Assembly (NCBI RefSeq): GCF_003258315.1
Contig: NZ_CP030032.1
Coordinates: 2,177,804-2,209,803 of the forward strand
Direction: 5' to 3'
DNA: 32,000 nt
Origin: Bradymonas sediminis
GTDB taxonomy: Bacteria; Myxococcota_A; Bradymonadia; Bradymonadales; Bradymonadaceae
The notes under the pieces are model-generated. The model saw only the letters and a list, made by a program, of their open reading frames with translations, was not told the origin of the DNA and ran no database searches. The position numbers and the translations under genes were made by a program. The number at the start of each line of letters is the position of its first letter. The stretch's first letter is position 1. Shown here piece by piece: positions 25,126 to 32,000 of this stretch.

Positions 25126-25128
25126 AAG

Positions 25129-25455
25129 ATGATCGAACTCTCAAGCCTAGCCCAACTCGACGCGTTAAAGAGCGAGCACGAGGTACTGCTGGTGTATTTT
25201 ACGCCGCCGAGCTGCAGCGTCGGCGTCTCGCTCTTCGACCGGGTTTCGGCGCAGGTGCAGGCGCGCGCGGTGAGCGCGGCGCGGGTCGACACCACTGCGT
25301 ACCCGGCCATCGCCGGCCAACATCTAGTGCTGGCCTTCCCCACCATCCTGGTCTTTGTGTACGGCCGCGAATTTGAGCGACTCAGCCGCGTCTTCTCGAT
25401 GAGCGACGTCGAGCGCGCGCTGGAGCGCGCGCTCGAAATTGTTGAGCAAGACTAG
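25129..25455 (+). CDS. thioredoxin-fold protein with monothiol (C-S-V-G) site
   Basis: 108 aa. …VLLVYFTPPSCSVGVSLFD…FPTILVFVYG… follows the thioredoxin layout but lacks the second Cys of CxxC. Starts 3 nt after the ansA stop. Confidence 0.65.
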   Translation: MIELSSLAQLDALKSEHEVLLVYFTPPSCSVGVSLFDRVSAQVQARAVSAARVDTTAYPAIAGQHLVLAFPTILVFVYGREFERLSRVFSMSDVERALERALEIVEQD

Positions 25456-25472
25456 CTTCGCTGGTGGGGGGC

Positions 25473-26729
25473 TTATTTCGAGCGTTTTTTCGCCGCGGCT
25501 GCCGCCCTCAAACGGTCTTTTTTGCTCGGGCGTTTCCCCTTCACAGGCGCGCCACCTTTTTGGGGCGCCGGCGCCTCGCCAGTGAGCCCAAAGCCCTCGA
25601 GTTGCTCGCGCTTAAGGCGCACGCCTGCGCGTTTCTCGATCAGCTTAAAATGAGCGGCGGAGTCGTGGTCGATAAACGAAATCGCCACGCCCTCTTCGCC
25701 GGCCCGGCCCGTTCGCCCGATGCGGTGCACATAATCATTGGGGGAGCGCGGCAGGTCGAAGTTCACCACACACGAGAGCTTGTCGATATCGATGCCGCGC
25801 GCGGCGATATCGGTGGAGACCAGGACGCGGTTCTTCCCATTTTTGAACCCCTCAAGGGTGTCGGTGCGCTGGTCCTGGTGCAAATCTCCGTGAAAATCGA
25901 TCGCGGCGAACCCTGCCTTGGTGAGCTTTCTGGCCAGGTTGCGGGCTTTGACCTTGGTGGCCACGAAGACGAGGACCTGGTTCCAATCCTCGGTCTCGAG
26001 CAGGTGCTGCAGCAGCGGGCGTCGGGCATGTGAATCAACCTCGAAGACCCGCTGGGTGATCTTCTCGACGGTGGGCTCTTCGCCCTCGACCTCGACGCGC
26101 ACCGGGTCGCTTAAGAAGCGCGCGCAAAGGCCCTCTACTTTGGGCGAAAAGGTCGCAGAAAATAAGAGGTTTTGGCGATTCACGGGCAACGCGTTGAGCA
26201 AGGCGTCGAGTTCGTCGGCGAAGCCCAGGTTGAGCAGTTTATCGGCTTCGTCCAGGACGAGCGTCTGCACGCGCGAGAGGCAGAGCCAATCGCGCTCCAA
26301 TAGGTCCAAGAGCCGGCCGGGCGTGGCGACCACGACGTCGGCGCCGCGGCTGAGCGCGCGGCTCTGGTCTTCGAGGTCCACGCCACCGATCACCGAGACC
26401 ACGCGAATTTTGCGGGGCGACAAGTTAGAGTACGTCGCGAACGCCGCGGCGACCTGCACGGCGAGTTCGCGGGTGGGCGCGACGGCCAGCACCTGCGGGT
26501 CGAAGTCGTCGGTGGGCGCGGCGTTTAATTGCATGATAATCGGCAACGCGAACGCGGCCGTTTTGCCCGTACCTGTCTGCGCGACCCCGATGACGTCTTG
26601 CCCGTCGAGGACACGCGGAATCGCCAACGTCTGGATAGGCGTTGGCGTTGCATACCCCTTATTCTTCAGGGTGTTGAGCAGATACTCAGGCAGCTTTAAT
26701 GATTCAAATGACACGATAACCTTGGACAT
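25473..26729 (-). CDS. DEAD-box ATP-dependent RNA helicase (RhlE-like, basic C-terminal tail)
   Basis: Q-motif …TPTPIQ, AQTGTGKT, VLDEAD, SAT, HRIGRTGRAG, then a Lys/Arg/Ala-rich tail. ATG at 26729 (MSKVIVSFESL) is preferred over the TTG at 26753. Confidence 0.92.
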   Translation of the reverse strand: MSKVIVSFESLKLPEYLLNTLKNKGYATPTPIQTLAIPRVLDGQDVIGVAQTGTGKTAAFALPIIMQLNAAPTDDFDPQVLAVAPTRELAVQVAAAFATYSNLSPRKIRVVSVIGGVDLEDQSRALSRGADVVVATPGRLLDLLERDWLCLSRVQTLVLDEADKLLNLGFADELDALLNALPVNRQNLLFSATFSPKVEGLCARFLSDPVRVEVEGEEPTVEKITQRVFEVDSHARRPLLQHLLETEDWNQVLVFVATKVKARNLARKLTKAGFAAIDFHGDLHQDQRTDTLEGFKNGKNRVLVSTDIAARGIDIDKLSCVVNFDLPRSPNDYVHRIGRTGRAGEEGVAISFIDHDSAAHFKLIEKRAGVRLKREQLEGFGLTGEAPAPQKGGAPVKGKRPSKKDRLRAAAAAKKRSK

Positions 26730-26831
26730 AATAGAGAAGCGAAACCGGGCCAACCGGCCCTATCTAGTCTTTAGCATAGACCAGGGCTCGCAGTCTTAGT
26801 GTCGACCGTGCGCGAAGTAAATCATGCAGCG

Positions 26832-27362
26832 TCACGCCTGCTCAAGCTCGCCGAATACCCCGTAGAGGGCGTGGCCCCGGGAGCCGTCATAGGTCGCGGC
26901 CTTGGCCAAAAACTCCGTGAGCGATTTTGCGAGCAACCGCTTGCGGTCGGTATCTCGCCCGGCGGCGATGATCTGGCCGTAGGTGCCCTCTTCGGTCGGC
27001 CCCAGGTCGATCGCCAGATAATCTCCACCGATCCGATCCACGAATGGAATCCAGCGCGGCATATAATAGACCGGATGGATGCCGGGGTCGGCCGAGCTAC
27101 AGCTTTGCAGGTCATCCAGGGTCCAATCCTCGTAGATCGCCATCCAATTGGCGTGCTCGGTGGCGCATGCCTCGGCCGAGAGCAGGTCGAAGCCGTTAAA
27201 AAGACCTTTGATTGCGCCTGTCGCGGCGTAGAGCGCCTTGAAATCCGCGGGCAATGGCGCGCCCAGCGCCCGCTCGAGCGCGTCGAGCGCGGCGGGGTTT
27301 GGGGGCGAAGCCTGCGCCGCCCGGGCGTCGAGGTTGAAATAAGCGCGCTTTTCCATTGCCAT
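26832..27362 (-). CDS. SMI1/KNR4 (SUKH-1) family protein
   Basis: 176 aa. …LDALERALGAPLPADFKALY… and …RWIPFVDRIGGDYLAIDL…GQII… show the SUKH-1 pattern. Confidence 0.7.
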   Translation of the reverse strand: MAMEKRAYFNLDARAAQASPPNPAALDALERALGAPLPADFKALYAATGAIKGLFNGFDLLSAEACATEHANWMAIYEDWTLDDLQSCSSADPGIHPVYYMPRWIPFVDRIGGDYLAIDLGPTEEGTYGQIIAAGRDTDRKRLLAKSLTEFLAKAATYDGSRGHALYGVFGELEQA

Positions 27363-27763
27363 AGACGACGCTTTGCCAGATTGTTAACCTTGCGACGCCA
27401 TACTCAACTCACTGTAAAACGCTTCGCCCTACCCGGCATACCCGCGACCAGGCACTCACCCAGTTGCCCAAGCCAAACCGCCTCGGCGTGAAGAAGACCG
27501 GCGCAGTCTGACCAGGGGAACCCGCTTGTCCAAACCTAAACCACTGCATTAAGACGTGGACTTCCTAGAATAGCCTGGGCAGCACCTATCAAAGCAAGGT
27601 CGGCGCCGAGGACTTGCTCCGCTTAGCTATTTGTAGGTAATTAAGATCCAAATTGTGCTGGCGGCGTTTAGATGGGTGGGCGCCCTTCTTTGATCGACAC
27701 GGCGCGGTTTGCGGCACAAGAATATCTCATAATTTTCGATTAATATTTGAAGAGAAAAACCTC

Positions 27764-30700
27764 ATGAACTCCGACCCGACAAAATCAGGTTTCCGTCTAT
27801 CCAACCGCTGGGGCGCCATGATTTGCGTGGCCGCACAGGCGATGATTTTTTTGGGCGCGTGTAGCTCGAATAAGCACGAGGACGCGCATCCGATCGCGAC
27901 GGATGCCTCGTCGATACCCCAGGAATATAAGATGGATAAAAATGCCCCGGAAGGTCTTAGCTTTACGCTATCTGAGACAACTGCGCCCAACGAGGAGTTG
28001 ATTCGGCCGCGACTGGTGACCGGCGAGGAGTTGTCGGCCCAGGAGCGCGCAGACCTGCTCGGGCGCTTGCCGCCATTGCCCGATGAGGCGGCAAATCAGA
28101 AGGACTTCGCGTTTCGCGCGCGCTCCAAGCCCGCGCCGCGCCCAGGCGAGACCATTGAGAGCGCTTTTCCGCCAGACGCCACGCTCCCTCCACCTCCGGG
28201 CGCGACCGACGGTCCGATGGAGCTGCTGCGCTTTGCCCCCGACGGCGACGTGGAGCTCGCGCCTAAATTAAGCGTGACCTTTTCGCAGCCGGTGGTCGCG
28301 GTGAGCGGCCAGGAAGACGCCGCGAAGACCGTGCCCGTAAAGATCGAGCCGGCCGTGGACGGCAAGTGGCGCTGGATTGGCACGCGCACCGCGCTCTTTG
28401 AGCCGACTGGCGAGCGCTTTCCGATGGCGACCGATTATAAGGTGACGGTCGACCCGGCGCTAAAGTCCGCGACCGGAAATGAGTTAAATCAGGCCGAGAG
28501 CTGGACCTTCTCGACGCCCGCGCTCAAGGTCGTTCGCGCGCATCCGACCGGGACGACTCAGCCGCTTAAGCCGCTGATCTTTATGCAGTTTAACCAAAAG
28601 ATCGACCAGACCAACATCCTCGACTCGCTGCGCCTGCTCGCCAATGACGCGAGCACCGAGTTGCTCCTGGCCAGCGAGGCCGAGATTCAGACGGATAAGG
28701 TCGTACCAAGACTTATCGATAACGCGCGCCCGGGACATTGGGTCGCGTTTCGCCCCGCCCGCGAGCTAAAACCCGCGACCACCATCCAGATCAATCTGGC
28801 TAAAGGAGCCCCGTCGATTGAGGGGCCCAAGCTGAGTGAGGGCGGGACTGCCGGTAATTTCCGCACCTATGATCCGCTTCGCGTGTTGCGCCAGAGTTGC
28901 GATTCGACTCACCCCTGCACCCCGGGCGCGGGCTGGTATATCAGCTTTAATAATCCCCTCGATGACGACGACTTCTCGGCTGATAAGGTCAGCATCAGCC
29001 CCGAAATTGAGGGCGTTGAGATCCGCGCTCAACACGGCGCGCTCTATATCAAAGGCAACTCGAAAGCGCGCACCAAATATAAGGTTACGCTGGACGCCTC
29101 GCTCAAAGATAAATTCGGCCAAACGCTCGGAAAGAACACCGAGCTGACCTTTGATGTTGGCCCGGCCTATCCCATCTTTGGCTCGTCTGCCGGCGCGATG
29201 AGCGTGTTGGACCCGGCCCTCGACGGGCATTTCCCCATCTTCAGCGTCAATTACGATAAGCTGCGCCTGCGCGCCTATCGGGTCACGCCCGCCGATTGGG
29301 AAAAATACCTGGCGTTCACCTATCAGCGACACCGCTACCGCAACAACGGCGACGGCGGCGCGACGCCCCCGGGCAAATTGGTCATCAATAAGGTCGTTGA
29401 GATCGACTCCAAGCCCGACGAGATGACGCACACGCTTATCGACCTTGGCGAGGCGCTCAACGAAAATGGTCACGGTCAACTTGTCGTGATGCTCACCGAA
29501 GAGAAGTCGGACGAAGAGCCGCCGCCATCGCGACCAGGTTATTACCGCGGCTACCGCGATATCTTGACCTGGGTGCAGGCGACCGACATCGCGCTGGACG
29601 CGTTTGTCAGCGGCAGCGAGTTGCTGGCCTGGGCGTCGCGGCTCAAAGACGGCGCGCCGCTCAAAGGCGTCGATATTTCGCTCTCCCACACGGGGGATGA
29701 CGTCGCAAAAACCGACGCCACTGGACTGCGCAACCTGACCCTTCCGAAGGTCGGCTCCGCCGGCAAAAGCCCGAATGCCGGTCGCATCCTGATCGCCATG
29801 CATGGCGAAGATGTCGCCATGCTGCCCGAGCGCCAACATACCTGGGCGGGCATGGTCTCCAACTGGGTTCAGCAGCCTGAAAACGTCCAACTCCTCTGGC
29901 ATATTTTTGATGATCGCGGGATGTACCAACCCGGCGAGACCGTCAATATCAAGGGGTGGCTTCGCGAGGCAAAGCCGACGCGCGAGAACCGCCTGGGCAT
30001 GGTCGATATCAGCACCGTCAAATACCGAGTCAGCGGGCCGCGGGGCAATCAATTAAGCGAGGGCAGCGCGAAGGTCGACGCGAACGGCGGCTTCGACCTC
30101 AACTTCGAATTAAGCGACGACGTCAACCTCGGCCAAGCCATGGTGACGATTTATACCGAAGCGGCGCGCACTCCCGGCACCGCCTATCACAGCTTCAAGA
30201 TTCAGGAATTCCGCCGCCCCGAATTCGAAGTGAGCGTGTCGCAATCCGGCGAGCCGCATTTTATCGGCAGCACTTCGACGTTGAGCGTGGCGGCGAATTA
30301 CTACGCCGGCGGAGCGCTCACCGGCGCGCCGGTCGCGTGGAATGTGAGCAGCCAAGAGGGCAATTATACACCGCCCGGCCACAGTGATTTCATCTTTGGT
30401 CGCTGGCGCCCCTGGTGGTTCCACTGGCACCCGAACACCGATAACCCGAGCCAAACGGAGTCTTTCAAAAGCCACACCGACGCCTCGGGCGAACAGCACC
30501 TGAAGATCAAATTCAACCAGGCCAACCCGGCATTGCCGATGGTCGTGGATGCCAGCGCCTCGGTCAGTGACGTGAACCGGCAGAATTGGAGCGGGTCCAC
30601 GCATTTGTTGGTGCACCCGAGCGCGCAATATGTCGGCATTCGCAGCCAGACCAATTATGTCGGCGAGGGTGAGCCCTTTAAGATCGACGCGATCGTCACC

Positions 30701-32000
30701 AACCTCGAGGGGGATATCCTCAGCGGAAAAGAGGTCGTGGTGAGCGCGACGCGCATGGATTGGCGCTATGAAAACGGCACGTATAAAGAAGTCGACGCCG
30801 AAAGCCTCGCCTGCACGCTGACCTCGGCCGAGGAGGCGCAGACTTGCACCTTTAAGCCCGAAAAAGGCGGGCAATGGAAGATCACCGCGACAACCCTGGA
30901 CGAGCGCGGCCGCCCGAATATGAGCCAGGCCCAGGTCTGGGTGGGCGGCGGCGAGCGTCCGCCGTCGCGCACGATGGAAAAAGGCGAAGTCCAGCTTATC
31001 CCCGAAAAAGAGAGCTATGAGGCCGGCGAGCGCGCCAAGCTCATGGTCATCGCGCCCTTCCCGGGCGCCGAGGGGCTGCTGACGGTGCGCCAAAACGGCG
31101 TCGTCTCCAAAGAGCGCTTTCGCATCAAAAAGCAATCGCACCAGATTGAGGTCGCGATCTCCGAAGCGGATTATCCCAACGTCCACGTCCAGGTGGACCT
31201 GGTCGGCAAGGAGGCGCGCACCACGCAAAGCGGCGAGGCGCGCCCGGACGCTCCGGCGAAGCCGGCCTACGCGAGCGGTCAACTGACGCTTAAAGTGCCG
31301 CCGAAGAACCGCACGCTCGACGTCGCGATTGCGCCCGAGAAGGCGCGCATGAACCCCGGCGCGAAGACCCATATCAACGTCAAAGTCACCGACGCCGCGG
31401 GCAAAGCCGTGGCGAACTCACAGGTCGCCATCGTCGCGGTGGACGAGGCGATTTTGGCGCTCAGCGGCTATACCCTGGCGGATCCGATCGAGTCCTTCTA
31501 TCCGGATCAGCCGGCCAACGTCACGGACTTCTATCTGCAGCAATATTTGTTGCTCGCCACGGCCGATGAAGCCCAGGAAGCCGCGGCAAACGCGGAGGGT
31601 TTCGGCGGCGCGGAGATGAAACGCAGCATGGCCCCGCCGCCGATGATGGATCGGCCGAGGCCGTCGCCAGCAGCACGCGGCGGCGCGATGGCAGAGATGG
31701 ACGGAGCGCCGATGGAGATGGCGTTGGGTGCCATGGCGAATAGCTCGGCTGGAGGCGCCTCTGGCCCGGCGAGCGCGCCCATCGCGCTGCGCAAGGACTT
31801 CCGCGCGTTGGCGCTCTTCGCGCCGGCGGTGCAAACCAACGCCAAGGGCGAAGCGCAGGTCGAGCTCGCGCTGCCAGACAACCTCACCCGCTACCGCCTG
31901 ATGGCGGTCGCGGTGGCCGGCGCCGACCAATTCGGCAAGAGCGAAGCCACGCTCACGGCGAGGCTTCCGCTGATGGTTCGCCCGTCGCCGCCGCGCTTCT
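27764..32000 (+). CDS. alpha-2-macroglobulin family lipoprotein, N-terminal ~1412 codons (continues past the window end)
   Basis: The frame from ATG 27764 stays open to 32000, which is why it is absent from the track. Lipobox MICVAAQAMIFLGAC. Repeated Ig/MG-like modules. Ends with …RKDFRALALFAPAVQTNAKGEAQVELALPDNLTRYRLMAVAVAG…, the A2M-domain signature. The three long minus-strand ORFs here are shadows. Confidence 0.85.
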   Translation, partial: MNSDPTKSGFRLSNRWGAMICVAAQAMIFLGACSSNKHEDAHPIATDASSIPQEYKMDKNAPEGLSFTLSETTAPNEELIRPRLVTGEELSAQERADLLGRLPPLPDEAANQKDFAFRARSKPAPRPGETIESAFPPDATLPPPPGATDGPMELLRFAPDGDVELAPKLSVTFSQPVVAVSGQEDAAKTVPVKIEPAVDGKWRWIGTRTALFEPTGERFPMATDYKVTVDPALKSATGNELNQAESWTFSTPALKVVRAHPTGTTQPLKPLIFMQFNQKIDQTNILDSLRLLANDASTELLLASEAEIQTDKVVPRLIDNARPGHWVAFRPARELKPATTIQINLAKGAPSIEGPKLSEGGTAGNFRTYDPLRVLRQSCDSTHPCTPGAGWYISFNNPLDDDDFSADKVSISPEIEGVEIRAQHGALYIKGNSKARTKYKVTLDASLKDKFGQTLGKNTELTFDVGPAYPIFGSSAGAMSVLDPALDGHFPIFSVNYDKLRLRAYRVTPADWEKYLAFTYQRHRYRNNGDGGATPPGKLVINKVVEIDSKPDEMTHTLIDLGEALNENGHGQLVVMLTEEKSDEEPPPSRPGYYRGYRDILTWVQATDIALDAFVSGSELLAWASRLKDGAPLKGVDISLSHTGDDVAKTDATGLRNLTLPKVGSAGKSPNAGRILIAMHGEDVAMLPERQHTWAGMVSNWVQQPENVQLLWHIFDDRGMYQPGETVNIKGWLREAKPTRENRLGMVDISTVKYRVSGPRGNQLSEGSAKVDANGGFDLNFELSDDVNLGQAMVTIYTEAARTPGTAYHSFKIQEFRRPEFEVSVSQSGEPHFIGSTSTLSVAANYYAGGALTGAPVAWNVSSQEGNYTPPGHSDFIFGRWRPWWFHWHPNTDNPSQTESFKSHTDASGEQHLKIKFNQANPALPMVVDASASVSDVNRQNWSGSTHLLVHPSAQYVGIRSQTNYVGEGEPFKIDAIVTNLEGDILSGKEVVVSATRMDWRYENGTYKEVDAESLACTLTSAEEAQTCTFKPEKGGQWKITATTLDERGRPNMSQAQVWVGGGERPPSRTMEKGEVQLIPEKESYEAGERAKLMVIAPFPGAEGLLTVRQNGVVSKERFRIKKQSHQIEVAISEADYPNVHVQVDLVGKEARTTQSGEARPDAPAKPAYASGQLTLKVPPKNRTLDVAIAPEKARMNPGAKTHINVKVTDAAGKAVANSQVAIVAVDEAILALSGYTLADPIESFYPDQPANVTDFYLQQYLLLATADEAQEAAANAEGFGGAEMKRSMAPPPMMDRPRPSPAARGGAMAEMDGAPMEMALGAMANSSAGGASGPASAPIALRKDFRALALFAPAVQTNAKGEAQVELALPDNLTRYRLMAVAVAGADQFGKSEATLTARLPLMVRPSPPRF

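Noticed and set aside
28766-31930. Three long minus-strand ORFs (428, 420 and 170 aa)
   Set aside because: They are antisense shadows of the open-ended A2M-family gene, which starts at 27764 on the plus strand, has clear family motifs and has no stop to the window end.
1-32000. CRISPR arrays, rRNA genes, prophage structural genes
   Set aside because: No regularly spaced direct repeats were seen. No rRNA-like sequences or phage morphogenesis genes were recognised anywhere in the window.

Overview
GC-rich bacterial chromosomal window. The gene content (Cys-rich lipoproteins, Pro-rich TonB-like protein, giant alpha-2-macroglobulin lipoprotein) is reminiscent of Myxococcota/Bradymonadia, but that placement is inference only. 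Left third (1-12.2 kb) is core genome: tandem tRNA-Ala(GGC) x2, a Cys-rich secreted protein, pyk, an FHA-GGDEF cyclase, pgi, a TonB-like protein and a folD-gcvT-gcvH-gcvPA cluster. Middle (about 12.2-24.1 kb) is an accessory/defence island with decayed mobile DNA. It holds an IS3-family left-end remnant and a tightly coupled four-gene minus-strand operon of MukF-like (441 aa), MukE-like (228 aa), MukB-like SMC ATPase (1482 aa) and a Toprim/DUF2220-like nuclease (326 aa). This operon is a Wadjet JetABCD / MksBEFG-type anti-plasmid system and is the main finding. The island continues with an aldo/keto reductase pseudogene fused tail-to-tail to a RhuM pseudogene, an orphan ORF, an IS3 right-end remnant that truncates an alpha-2-macroglobulin (A2M) paralog, and a low-GC Abi_2 (AbiD/F-like) abortive-infection gene flanked by perfect 45-bp direct repeats that duplicate the A2M 3' end. 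Right third is core genome again: ansA, a monothiol thioredoxin-like protein, a DEAD-box helicase, a SUKH/SMI1-KNR4 protein, and a very large A2M-family lipoprotein gene (27764 to past 32000) that the ORF track misses because it is open-ended. Many long ORFs in the track are antisense shadow ORFs typical of high-GC DNA. No CRISPR array or rRNA was seen.
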